This document shows, piece by piece, positions 8,558 to 17,782 of a stretch of 64,000 nt of DNA (the stretch's first letter is position 1; each line of letters begins with the position of its first letter). The DNA is from a virus (Duplodnaviria; Caudoviricetes), in the IMG/VR virus record IMGVR_UViG_3300025723_001174, positions 5,331-69,330 of that record; one strand, 5' to 3'. The position numbers and the translations under genes were made by a program. The notes beneath the pieces were generated by a model. The model was given only the letters and a program-made list of their open reading frames with translations. It was not told where the DNA came from and searched no databases.

Positions 8558-9696
8558 TAGTTTTGTTTGGTAATAATAATCGTATTACCACCTGCGTTAA
8601 TTCTATTTTTAATATTCACACCATCTGACTGCATGATATATGTTGTTGTATTTTGATCCTTAGGAGCAGTTATACAAGTAACATTACTGCTACCATCAGT
8701 GCGACATAGGCTTACTGTAATAGGTGTGATTTCTTTTGTAACTTGGCTGGCCTTAAACCAATCAGGTAATAATTGTGATTCTGGACTTAACATATTTCCT
8801 AATAGCATCGCAGACTCTTGTGCTAATTGTTGACTTAAAATATTAAAAATATCTTCTAAGAAATATTGTTGTAGCAATGGTTTTTCTAAAGGATCATTCC
8901 ATACCGGCCCTTCTTTATCAAAGGCATTCTGCAAAAAGTTTTGTTGTAGATAATTTACGGCCAGCATGTCTCCGACTTGTGTTACTCTGGTCATGCTATC
9001 AACCTTTTTTTCTTTAGACAATTCTGAAGGGGGACTAACGATTAACAAATTGTTGATAGTGTCCAATGTTAGTTTTAAAACAGTAGGCTTCATAGGAGCC
9101 ACTCCGCGACTTTCTACTTTAGTGCCTTGGAATGGTTTATCTAAGAGTACTTCTCCTGCATCGTTGCTTACAGATATTTTTCCTGTCACACATTCTGTTT
9201 CAACATCACGTATTATTTTGTTCGATGGACAGCTAGGCAATAGAATGATAGTACTTGCGCCTGCATCGTCTACTGTTGCAGTAAAGTCAGTTCCACGAAC
9301 ACCAATAGTTGCACTAGGTGTATTGATTGCTACTTTAGAGGGATCGTTGTGTGCGATTGCACCAGATGCATACTTGACTGTACCACTGGCAAATTTCATC
9401 GCCAGCTTACCGCCTTTACTTGATTTGGGATCGTAAACAAAGTCGTCAATAACTAACTTTGAGTTTTCGTTTATTTCTACTTTTGTATCGTCAGCAAATG
9501 TAATACCTACTTTGCCTTTTGTAGTGTTGATAGCATCTGCCATTTCAACACCTGTTCCCTTAACTCCGGGAAGCGATTTGTTTGATCGAACTATAGAACC
9601 AGGGATAGCGGTTTGCTCGGTTATCGTTCCTATGCCTGCGAAAGCATTAACTGATAAACCGAGCAAAATTGTAAAAGCTACCTTGCATACGTTCAC
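8557..9696 (-). CDS. FecR-domain secreted/periplasmic protein
   Basis: Signal peptide; ITFADDTKVEINENSKLVID and INTPSATIGVRGTDF FecR signatures. Confidence 0.85.
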   Translation of the reverse strand: MNVCKVAFTILLGLSVNAFAGIGTITEQTAIPGSIVRSNKSLPGVKGTGVEMADAINTTKGKVGITFADDTKVEINENSKLVIDDFVYDPKSSKGGKLAMKFASGTVKYASGAIAHNDPSKVAINTPSATIGVRGTDFTATVDDAGASTIILLPSCPSNKIIRDVETECVTGKISVSNDAGEVLLDKPFQGTKVESRGVAPMKPTVLKLTLDTINNLLIVSPPSELSKEKKVDSMTRVTQVGDMLAVNYLQQNFLQNAFDKEGPVWNDPLEKPLLQQYFLEDIFNILSQQLAQESAMLLGNMLSPESQLLPDWFKASQVTKEITPITVSLCRTDGSSNVTCITAPKDQNTTTYIMQSDGVNIKNRINAGGNTIIITKQN

Positions 9697-9712
9697 ATCC
9701 GTACCTTATATA

Positions 9713-10597
9713 TTAGTGTGCGTTACTGTGAATATTAAAAGTATTGCTGTTACCTGTACTTTGAACATTCACTGTAGTATTACCAGCACTTGCATTTTGC
9801 ACAATAGTGGCATTATTATTAGAGCCGTTCAATGCTAAAATTGTTGAATCAGAATAGCCAGCACTTGTCTGTAGTATGCTTACTGTATTGCTTGCACCGG
9901 CAACAGTTACGTTGACGCTACTGTTATTGGCTGTAAGAACAGATGTTGCACCACTAATATTCAAAGCAGTATCAGTTAACCCAGTCCCAGCGATACCTTG
10001 GTTAACAGTAACAGTATTACTACTTCCACCTGTTACAGAGATATTCTGTGAGTTACCAGCGCCATTAACTGCTGAATATACAGCATTAGTATTACCACCT
10101 GCGGTTGTAGCAGTTATAGCATTATTTGTACCTAGTACATTAACATCAGCGATGTTTGTGTTACCAGTTTGTGTAATGCTTACATAGTTACTTTCACTAC
10201 GACCTTGACCGTTATTATTACTATCGATAGTACCTACGTTGTTATTACCTGTTACGGTATATAAAAATGTATTACCATTTTGCAAAGGCGTACCATTTGC
10301 AATAGCTGTAGCAATACCAAAATTTAATGTATTGCCTGTACCAACTTGATCTACGGTAACTGTATTGCTGTTACCATTGATTGTACTTGGTGTAGTGTTA
10401 CCACTACCAGTTCCTTGTATGCCGCGCATAACGTTACCTGCACCATCTTGTGTAACTGTTATTGCAGAGTTATCACCAGACTGGTTGATATAGATACTGT
10501 TATCTGCCGCATAGCCCAATGATGTCATTCCAGACAACATCAGAATTGTAAGTAATTTTCTCGACAACTTACCAACGCCTGTCATTTCGTAATTCAT
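9713..10597 (-). CDS. curlin-like subunit (CsgA/CsgB-like repeats)
   Basis: Signal peptide ending GYA; NSIYINQSGDNSAITVTQDGAGN and further S-x-Q-x-G-x-x-N repeats; N/G/T/Q rich. Confidence 0.8.
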   Translation of the reverse strand: MNYEMTGVGKLSRKLLTILMLSGMTSLGYAADNSIYINQSGDNSAITVTQDGAGNVMRGIQGTGSGNTTPSTINGNSNTVTVDQVGTGNTLNFGIATAIANGTPLQNGNTFLYTVTGNNNVGTIDSNNNGQGRSESNYVSITQTGNTNIADVNVLGTNNAITATTAGGNTNAVYSAVNGAGNSQNISVTGGSSNTVTVNQGIAGTGLTDTALNISGATSVLTANNSSVNVTVAGASNTVSILQTSAGYSDSTILALNGSNNNATIVQNASAGNTTVNVQSTGNSNTFNIHSNAH

Positions 10598-10677
10598 TTT
10601 TGTATCAAAGTTGACTTATTTTATTCGTCTACTTCATCCTTGGGCATAGCCCGTTAGTGTTTATTCTTTACTACCTC

Positions 10678-11796
10678 TTATTCACTTAAATTAATAATCT
10701 GGACATACCCCTTATGTCCATTACTGTCATCAGCAAATACCCAGCCATTCTCCTTGGGAACAGTTGTCAATTTTGTCCCCGCTGGTAATTGCCAACGCTT
10801 CTGTGCATCCTCGTTTGGTTTCGCATACAAATAGGAAAGTTTGTTTAGAACTTTCTTATCTTCCGGAAATGGTGTAACTTTATTTTTTTCTACTACTGGA
10901 GGAGCTACGCCTTCTCTTGCCGCAACGTCTTCCGGAACTTTAACTTCAGCTTTTTTCTCTGGTTCAATAACTAATGGAGCCTCTGGTTCTTTTACGACTA
11001 CAGGAGTAGGTGCTGGTCTAAAATCCCAAACGCCACGCTCACGGCCATCCTTAATTAAAGCAACCACAGCGGCTTCAACAGTTGCTTTAACTGCCAATGT
11101 ACCCGGCTCGTTAATAGTCAATCCTGTTTCAGCTTCAAAAGCCTGTGTGCCATCACGGAAGAATTTCAACATAGCAAAACTATCTGCGGTACTATAAACT
11201 GTTTTTGTTACTGTTACAGTTGCTAATACCTTACCTGTGTTTACGCTAACAGCTCGTAAACTAATAGTAACGATATCCTTGCTATATTGAGTCTGTGGAC
11301 CAATGCCTAACCAACGGTATGCGGCACCGCCACTCTCGCTTGAACTATCATATCCGATGATACCACCTTCAATAATGATACCAGCGAACTGTAAAGGTGC
11401 TAACTGTTTAGCGTTAGGGCCTTCATACATGTCACGCATCTGTTTGATAATAGTACGTTCTTTTATCAAATTATCTACGTTAACACGTTCTACAACATCA
11501 AACCATTGACCGTGGCCGACGTCTTGCAAAGCACTGATCAAGAAAGGTTCAGCACCTTGAGTAACTGCTGTTGAAAAACTTGCATATGATGAAACTGATT
11601 TACGTTGTCCTGTTTGATCTTTGAAACTGTAAACTGCTACAGTAACACGTGGTCCATTAGGCAATGGAACAGTATCAAACTCTTTTTGCATCTTGTGAGA
11701 TTCTACTTCTGGCTTATACTCTACACCCATTTTTTGTGTAACTGCACAACCGCTCATCAAAGTAACAACGGCTAACAATAATAATAACTTCTTCAT
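10678..11796 (-). CDS. csgG: curli secretion channel CsgG lipoprotein with C-terminal SH3-like domain
   Basis: Lipobox LMSGC; VAVYSFKDQTGQRK, FSTAVTQGA, WFDVVER..DNLIKER.II, EGGIIGYD. Confidence 0.92.
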   Translation of the reverse strand: MKKLLLLLAVVTLMSGCAVTQKMGVEYKPEVESHKMQKEFDTVPLPNGPRVTVAVYSFKDQTGQRKSVSSYASFSTAVTQGAEPFLISALQDVGHGQWFDVVERVNVDNLIKERTIIKQMRDMYEGPNAKQLAPLQFAGIIIEGGIIGYDSSSESGGAAYRWLGIGPQTQYSKDIVTISLRAVSVNTGKVLATVTVTKTVYSTADSFAMLKFFRDGTQAFEAETGLTINEPGTLAVKATVEAAVVALIKDGRERGVWDFRPAPTPVVVKEPEAPLVIEPEKKAEVKVPEDVAAREGVAPPVVEKNKVTPFPEDKKVLNKLSYLYAKPNEDAQKRWQLPAGTKLTTVPKENGWVFADDSNGHKGYVQIINLSE

Positions 11797-11806
11797 AGTT
11801 GTTTCC

Positions 11807-12274
11807 TTAGTGTGGGGTCATATTAAATGACCCAGTTGGAATAGTAACATTACTTGTTCCGCTAGGTTGTGTAACTTGCATTACAATGTTTGTTCCGCTC
11901 CACCACCAGCTAATAGCAGTAGTAGGATCGAATTGGAATGTACATGCTACATTGCTTGTACAGTTGCTACTATTTGTTGAACTAAACATTGTAGTGGCCG
12001 CATTTTGACTTATCTGTGCATAAATGCGAGATTCTAAGTTTGTTAAAAATTGGTTGATCGGTGTATTAGCCGCATTAGAAGCGGCTTGTTGAGCGGCCGC
12101 TTGTATTGCTTGATTAATCGCTTGTTGACGAGTAAATTGCTCGTTCTCGATAGTTAGAACGTATGTACCATACCCGTTACCGTTGAATGCTGGACTTTTA
12201 AAGGTAAAGTCGTTTAGTGGTGCCGCAAAGGCACCCGTAGATAATAGTGTTAATAATAGTAGTACTTTACGCAA
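11807..12274 (-). CDS. csgF: curli assembly protein CsgF
   Basis: TTG start with SD AGGAG; signal peptide; FTFKSPAFNGNG...LTIEN and QFLTNLESRIYAQ; directly upstream of csgG. Confidence 0.8.
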   Translation of the reverse strand: MRKVLLLLTLLSTGAFAAPLNDFTFKSPAFNGNGYGTYVLTIENEQFTRQQAINQAIQAAAQQAASNAANTPINQFLTNLESRIYAQISQNAATTMFSSTNSSNCTSNVACTFQFDPTTAISWWWSGTNIVMQVTQPSGTSNVTIPTGSFNMTPH

Positions 12275-12342
12275 GATTCGCTCCTAGACCAGTAGTGTAA
12301 TACTATTTACTAGTATGTAGACGAAAATTCAGTTAGTAGTTA

Positions 12343-13647
12343 TTAATGAGATGTTGTAACTAGTTTAATGCCAGGATAGGCATTCTGTGCTGTTGTAGTA
12401 ACAGGATAGGCATTGTTCATATGGAATCTTAAACCGCCTTTCTTTAGGCCATCTAAGTCTTTAAAGAAAGTAAAGGTTGCACCACCTTTAGATTTTAAAT
12501 CAATAAACAAAATTCCTACTTCTTCTGTTTTTACTGCGAGGTAATTGAAAACGTTTGCACGAGCATAAGTTTGCAACAGAAGATTTCGATCTTTTGACAT
12601 GAAAGCTGTTAGCGAACTAGTAACTAGATCCGGCACATGAGGAAATAGTTCATTGAACATTACTTCCAATTCTTTTAACATAGTGCGTTTAGAATCATCA
12701 TCTGGCATAACTGAATATAGATATAATAAACTATCCATATTGATACCAGATATGCTTACTCCTATACCAGCCGCTCTTCCTTCTTGTATCTGTGCGCCTG
12801 TAGGTACTATATTAGGAGTAGCCTGTATTTGATTATTGGCCGGAACTGTACCATTTGCTGGAGGTGCTCCCATAGGTTCTCCAGGTAAGTTATTGGTTTG
12901 AGGATTTTGTATATTCTTAGCCGCTTTAGGTTTAGCTTTTTTAACTTCAGGTTGCGGAGCGCCTTTGAAATAATCTTTATATTTTTTAATAAAATCTTCT
13001 GCATTTTTAGTGTATGTAGATGTTGGTTTTACGTTTCTATCTGTAAACCTAGCAGGACTGCTATTGTTAGTTTTAATTTCTACCTTGCCAAAATTATCTA
13101 TTTCGATATCGCCCTTGCCACCTGCGCCAGCTTTAATAAATGGGCTCATGACTTTAAGCATGAATTCCCCTTTACCTTTACCTTGACTATCTACTTGGAT
13201 TAAGGTATCTGCTAGTTCGGTAATGGCTGGATTCTTTCCGTAGAGTTTTACTACATCTGACATACTATGACTTCCAGATGTAAGTGCATCTAGATTGATC
13301 AGGCCGCCACCTTCTTCATGATCTTTCCAAAGCGTCAACATCTGTTTCTTAGATTCAATTGGAGCTTTCATTGCCATGATATAACCAGCTAGCATTTTAG
13401 AAGCTTTTTTTACATCTATATCATAGAACGAGTTGAATTCTTTTTCTGCCGCATCCTTTCTGTGACTTCCAGTATAAGCGTGAGTGATAATATCCTCAAT
13501 CTCATCTAGTTCATTTTTAGTCTGTTCACTAGGGGGTAGGTCCTTTATCTTGTTAGTAATGTTTAATTTAAGGCTGTATAAAGGATCTGAAGCAGGATCG
13601 CCGGGTGTGGCAGTTAATTTTTCAGAAAGGAATTCTAATGCTCGCAT
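12343..13647 (-). CDS. hypothetical virion/internal protein with capsid-targeting-like N-terminus (MRALEFLSE)
   Basis: 434-aa ORF, TAAATA 7 nt upstream, no SD. Confidence 0.8.
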   Translation of the reverse strand: MRALEFLSEKLTATPGDPASDPLYSLKLNITNKIKDLPPSEQTKNELDEIEDIITHAYTGSHRKDAAEKEFNSFYDIDVKKASKMLAGYIMAMKAPIESKKQMLTLWKDHEEGGGLINLDALTSGSHSMSDVVKLYGKNPAITELADTLIQVDSQGKGKGEFMLKVMSPFIKAGAGGKGDIEIDNFGKVEIKTNNSSPARFTDRNVKPTSTYTKNAEDFIKKYKDYFKGAPQPEVKKAKPKAAKNIQNPQTNNLPGEPMGAPPANGTVPANNQIQATPNIVPTGAQIQEGRAAGIGVSISGINMDSLLYLYSVMPDDDSKRTMLKELEVMFNELFPHVPDLVTSSLTAFMSKDRNLLLQTYARANVFNYLAVKTEEVGILFIDLKSKGGATFTFFKDLDGLKKGGLRFHMNNAYPVTTTAQNAYPGIKLVTTSH

Positions 13648-13657
13648 AGTACAATAT

Positions 13658-14323
13658 TTAGCTTATTTCTGGAAACAGCTTATTCTGTACATAGTCATTA
13701 GCTTCTTGTTCTGTAAAGCCTAGATGCTGTAGGCTAGCGGGTGTGCGGGGGTTTTGCTTCTGATAATGACAATAACGATTCTGCGCCATATGATAATCAG
13801 CAAGACTTTGCTGATCTATGCCTACGTTGTTTAGGTAAAAATCAAGCGTTTCTAATCCTAGTTTAATGAATTTATCTAGTTCTTCTTCCCCTACAGCACC
13901 AATAGCTACCATAGCCGGACTAAAGATCTGTTTGCCCCAATCGGGCAATTCTCTAGGTTTATTCCATTCTTCCGTGGCGACCTTGGCATTAAACCATAGC
14001 CACATAGGGCTGGTAGGATCTCCACTGATACTAAAATCATGGAAAGCTCCGCTTACTTTTGTTGGGCCGCAAACAATATCAAAACCGTAAATAGGGCTAG
14101 GATCATTAGTGTGGGGAAACACAGTAACGTGTAATAGATAAAGTTTTTTAGTTTCTCTCGCATCTATAGTACTAATATGAGCCCTGCGATAGCGCAACGA
14201 GCTATATTCTTTATCAGCTAAAATTTCTGTTCTATAAACTTTTCCCAATGCTCCGGTGTTTGAAAACCTTGAGTTAATAGCTTCAGAACAGTCAATTACT
14301 CTATCAAACAAATTTTGAGTCAT
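13658..14323 (-). CDS. pcyX: ferredoxin-dependent bilin reductase (PcyA/PcyX-like)
   Basis: RRAHISTID, LLHVTVFP..DPSPIYGFDIV, GAFHDFS, RELPDWG..IFS, QN.YC..QKQNP.T; adjacent to heme oxygenase. Confidence 0.8.
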   Translation of the reverse strand: MTQNLFDRVIDCSEAINSRFSNTGALGKVYRTEILADKEYSSLRYRRAHISTIDARETKKLYLLHVTVFPHTNDPSPIYGFDIVCGPTKVSGAFHDFSISGDPTSPMWLWFNAKVATEEWNKPRELPDWGKQIFSPAMVAIGAVGEEELDKFIKLGLETLDFYLNNVGIDQQSLADYHMAQNRYCHYQKQNPRTPASLQHLGFTEQEANDYVQNKLFPEIS

Positions 14324-14840
14324 ATGTTTCCATTAGTCGGATAGCCCATAAAAAAGCCATATTAGCTTCCTCTCCCATAGAATCATCTAACTTGGCACGG
14401 ATCTTGGCCTTGAGTCCATCTACGTCTTCGAACTCTAAATTACGATGCGGGCCAGGCAATATCTTTTTAATCATTTGCCCACCGAATAAATCGCCCATAT
14501 GCCATACGTACAAGTGCGCTAGTATACGGGTTGGTTCATCAACTAGTGTTAACAAATAACGAACATATTCTGCTGTAACAGGGCTCATGCGTACAGTACT
14601 CATGTCCCCGATGATTTCCTGTGCATCTAGGTATAACTGCACACTACGCTCAACTTCTAACACATCTAAGGTTAGTTTATTGTAACGGCATACGTTTTCG
14701 ATAGTGTTGTATATTGCACTCTTTTGGAATGTATAGTCACCCCAAATTTCTAAAGGCATGTTCTTCTTAAACACAGCCTTCATAAATTTAGTTGATTCTG
14801 CTTTTTGGTGATTGTCCCAAGTTAATTCTTTCAAGCTCAT
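14304..14840 (-). CDS. hemO: heme oxygenase
   Basis: LKELTWDNHQKAE (proximal His), AHLYVWHMGDLFGGQMI, EANMAF. Confidence 0.9.
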   Translation of the reverse strand: MSLKELTWDNHQKAESTKFMKAVFKKNMPLEIWGDYTFQKSAIYNTIENVCRYNKLTLDVLEVERSVQLYLDAQEIIGDMSTVRMSPVTAEYVRYLLTLVDEPTRILAHLYVWHMGDLFGGQMIKKILPGPHRNLEFEDVDGLKAKIRAKLDDSMGEEANMAFLWAIRLMETYDSKFV

Positions 14841-14859
14841 TATGTTCTCCTGTTAGAGA

Positions 14860-14867
14860 TATTTATA
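14860..14867 (-). promoter_or_regulatory. late promoter TATAAATA upstream of hemO-pcyX
   Basis: Exact consensus, followed by SD AGGAG. Confidence 0.7.
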
Positions 14868-14875
14868 GTGGGCTT

Positions 14876-15178
14876 TTATTCTTGTTCGACTTTTATGACT
14901 AAGGGGAAGTTGTTGTCGCGAGCGAGGTTAGTACCTTCGATAGCTTTTTGTTCGCTAACTTCATAGGTATATAGACCAGCTACTGCGGATCCTTCGCTAT
15001 GGATCTTCATAGTCAGTGCTTCTGCATTAGGTTGTGAATGATGGAACACTCTCATCAGAAGTACGATAACAAACTCCATAGGAGTTTTGTCGTCATTTAA
15101 GATGACAACTTTGTATTTTCCAGGATTTAGTATATCTAAATCTTCCACTGTTTCTTGTTTAGTAATTACTTCTGACAT
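14876..15178 (-). CDS. clpS: ATP-dependent Clp protease adaptor ClpS
   Basis: YKVVILNDDKTPMEFV..LL..F...A..L...IH..G.AV.G.Y..E. Confidence 0.93.
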   Translation of the reverse strand: MSEVITKQETVEDLDILNPGKYKVVILNDDKTPMEFVIVLLMRVFHHSQPNAEALTMKIHSEGSAVAGLYTYEVSEQKAIEGTNLARDNNFPLVIKVEQE

Positions 15179-15196
15179 GATTTATCCTACTGTCTG

Positions 15197-15204
15197 TATT
15201 TATA
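15197..15204 (-). promoter_or_regulatory. late promoter TATAAATA upstream of clpS
   Basis: Exact consensus directly after the hsp20 terminator. Confidence 0.7.
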
Positions 15205-15230
15205 AAATGGTGGGCAGTTTCCTACCCACC
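15205..15230 (-). terminator. intrinsic terminator after hsp20
   Basis: GGTGGGTAG-GAAA-CTGCCCACC followed by ATTTT. Confidence 0.75.
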
Positions 15231-15239
15231 CCTGTTGCC

Positions 15240-15677
15240 TTAACGTTGTTTGATTGGAATGCTTTTTGGTTTAGCAGATTCCGGTACACGGCGTTGTAAT
15301 TTGATTCTTAGAACGCCCTTGTCAGTTTCTGCGCTTAAAACTTCGATATACTCAGCGAGAGGGAATACACGCTGGAAATCTCTTGCGGCCAATCCACGAT
15401 GTAGGTAAACTGTACTTTCAGATTCTACTTCGATATGTTCGCCTTTAACCACCAAATGATCTTGTATGACTTCTACAGAAATTTCGTCAATATCGAAACC
15501 TGCAACGGCAATCTGAATTTCGTAATTGTCGTCATCATATTTGATTACATTGTGTGGGGGGTAATTTGCTGTACCTTGAAAGCGATTTTCAAAATCTGAG
15601 AAAATACGATCAAAGCCAATAAGTGCTCTGTTTAATTGATTTAGAGCGGTTGTGTCAATTCTAACTAATTGTGTCAT
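15240..15677 (-). CDS. small heat-shock protein Hsp20 (IbpA-like)
   Basis: IGFDRIF, NYPPHNVIK, IQIAVAGF, YLHRGLAARDF.R.F.LAEY.EV..A....GVL.I.L. Confidence 0.93.
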   Translation of the reverse strand: MTQLVRIDTTALNQLNRALIGFDRIFSDFENRFQGTANYPPHNVIKYDDDNYEIQIAVAGFDIDEISVEVIQDHLVVKGEHIEVESESTVYLHRGLAARDFQRVFPLAEYIEVLSAETDKGVLRIKLQRRVPESAKPKSIPIKQR

Positions 15678-15750
15678 TTTAATCTCCTTTAATAAGCAAG
15701 AATAGTATGGGCCCTATGCCCTGTTACGGGGACCCCGAAGGCATCCCCAT
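15678..15750 (-). promoter_or_regulatory. ROSE-like RNA thermometer in hsp20 leader
   Basis: Leader hairpin GGGGATGCC-TTCG-GGGTCCCC, then CTTGCT-TATTAA-AGGAG; extended -10 TGCTATAAT at 15757-15765. Confidence 0.65.
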
Positions 15751-15768
15751 TAACATATTATAGCAGAA

Positions 15769-17667
15769 TTATTTTACTTCTTCAAATTCTGCATCAACCA
15801 CATTTTCATCCTTTTTATCGGATGCTTGTGCGGTATCTGTTTGAGCCGGTTGCTGTGCGGCAACTTCGGTTTGGATATCACTCAGGCAAACACTAATGCT
15901 TCCTGCTTGGCTAACCATCTCGTCTTTGTCATTCCCAGCAAGGGCTTTTTCTGCGTAAGCTGTAACTTCAGTAATCTTGTCCTTGAGTTTCTGACTTAGT
16001 TTGTCATCATTCTCTTTTACCTGTTTCTTAAGTTCGTGTACGCTATTTTCTAGAGTGTTACGTGCTTGGATCACTTCGAGTTGAGCTTTATCTGCTTCTG
16101 CATTAGCTTCAGCATCTGCAACCATCTTTTCAATCTCTGCTTCGCTCAAACCGCTATCTGATTTAATAGTGATCTTCTTCTCTTTATTAGTTTTCTTATC
16201 CTTAGCAGAAACATGCATGATACCATTGGCATCGATGTCAATCGTAACTTCGACTTGTGGTACACCGCGTGGTGCTGGATCAATACCTTCTAGGTTGAAT
16301 TCACCTAAAAGTTTATTGTGTTGTACGAGATCACGTTCTCCTTGGAATACTTTAATAGTAACGGCAGGTTGGTTATCTTCGGCTGTACTAAACACTTGCG
16401 AATGCTTTGTAGGAATAGTTGAATTCTTTTTAATCAACTTGGTCATTACACCGCCCATTGTTTCGATACCCAATGATAATGGAGTAACGTCTAACAATAG
16501 AACGTCTGTACGTCCACCGCTTAGAACTTGTCCTTGGATAGCGGCACCAACTGCTACTGCTTCATCTGGGTTGACGTCTTTACGTGGAGCCTTACCAAAG
16601 AACTTTTCTACAGTTGCTTGTACCAATGGCATACGAGTCATACCACCAACTAGAATGATTTCATCGATGTCGCTTGGCGATGTTTGTGCATCCAATAAAC
16701 ATTGCTTAACTGGTTCCATAGAGTTGTCAATTAGCTCAGTAACTAATTGTTCTAACTTAGCACGTGTTAACTTGATGTTCATGTGCTTAGGACCACCGGC
16801 ATCTGCTGTAATGTATGGTAAGTTAATATCAGTTTGCTGACTGCTTGATAATTCAATCTTGGCTTTTTCAGCTGACTCTTTCAAACGCTGTAATGCCAAC
16901 ACATCTTTAGTTAGATCAACACCGTTGTCTTTCTTAAACTCGCCAACTAGGTAATCCATAATGCGTTGGTCAAAGTCTTCACCGCCTAGGAATGTATCAC
17001 CGTTAGTAGCAAGTACTTCGATTTGTGTGTCGCCATCTACACTTGCGATTTCAATGATGGAGATATCAAATGTACCACCACCTAAGTCATATACCGCAAC
17101 TTTGCGATCTTTCTTATCTGCTTTGTCAACACCGTATGCTAGTGCGGCCGCTGTTGGCTCGTTGATAATACGTAGGACTTCTAAGCCTGCAATCTTACCT
17201 GCGTCCTTAGTTGCTTGACGTTGCTGATCATTAAAGTAAGCAGGTACTGTAATAACAGCCTGTGTTACTTCTTCTCCCAAATAGTCTTCGGCAGTTTTCT
17301 TCATCTTGCGTAGAACTTCTGCTGAAATTTGTGGAGGTGCTAATTTTTCATCGTTAGCTTCAATCCAAGCATCACCGTTGTCTGCCTCAACAATTTTGTA
17401 AGGCATTAGGTTAATGTCTTTTTGGACTTCTTTTTCTTTAAATTTACGACCGATCAAACGCTTGGCCGCATAAATGGTGTTCTTGGCGTTTGTTACTGCT
17501 TGTCGTTTTGCTGTTGCACCTACTAGGATTTCGTCCTTTGTGTATGCAATGATTGATGGTGTTGTACGTGTGCCTTCGCTATTTTCAATAACTTTAGCAG
17601 TTGTGCCTTCTATAATGGCCACGCAACTATTTGTTGTACCTAAATCGATACCGATAACTTTACTCAT
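15769..17667 (-). CDS. dnaK: molecular chaperone DnaK (Hsp70)
   Basis: [41 protein letters not shown]-terminal [10 protein letters not shown]. Start at 17667 with SD AGGAG. Confidence 0.97.
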   Translation of the reverse strand: MSKVIGIDLGTTNSCVAIIEGTTAKVIENSEGTRTTPSIIAYTKDEILVGATAKRQAVTNAKNTIYAAKRLIGRKFKEKEVQKDINLMPYKIVEADNGDAWIEANDEKLAPPQISAEVLRKMKKTAEDYLGEEVTQAVITVPAYFNDQQRQATKDAGKIAGLEVLRIINEPTAAALAYGVDKADKKDRKVAVYDLGGGTFDISIIEIASVDGDTQIEVLATNGDTFLGGEDFDQRIMDYLVGEFKKDNGVDLTKDVLALQRLKESAEKAKIELSSSQQTDINLPYITADAGGPKHMNIKLTRAKLEQLVTELIDNSMEPVKQCLLDAQTSPSDIDEIILVGGMTRMPLVQATVEKFFGKAPRKDVNPDEAVAVGAAIQGQVLSGGRTDVLLLDVTPLSLGIETMGGVMTKLIKKNSTIPTKHSQVFSTAEDNQPAVTIKVFQGERDLVQHNKLLGEFNLEGIDPAPRGVPQVEVTIDIDANGIMHVSAKDKKTNKEKKITIKSDSGLSEAEIEKMVADAEANAEADKAQLEVIQARNTLENSVHELKKQVKENDDKLSQKLKDKITEVTAYAEKALAGNDKDEMVSQAGSISVCLSDIQTEVAAQQPAQTDTAQASDKKDENVVDAEFEEVK

Positions 17668-17746
17668 TGTAATCTCCTTTATTAAGCGAGTATATATTTG
17701 GCTCATGCCCTTGTAGAACCCTTACGGCGCTCTACAATTTTATTTA
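17668..17746 (-). promoter_or_regulatory. ROSE-like RNA thermometer in dnaK leader plus TAAATA promoter
   Basis: TAAATA (17741-17746), hairpin TGTAGAGCGCC-GTAA-GGGTTCTACA, then CTCGCT-TAATAA-AGGAG. Confidence 0.6.
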
Positions 17747-17782
17747 TCCCTTATTTTACACTCTTTTTATGAATTGTGCAAA

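Noticed and set aside
17668-17706. Track N-terminal extensions (also hemA 25085, exoribonuclease 27072, lipoprotein 30308, nuclease 56722)
   Set aside because: The extensions run through SD, promoter or thermometer elements. Downstream ATGs match family N-termini.
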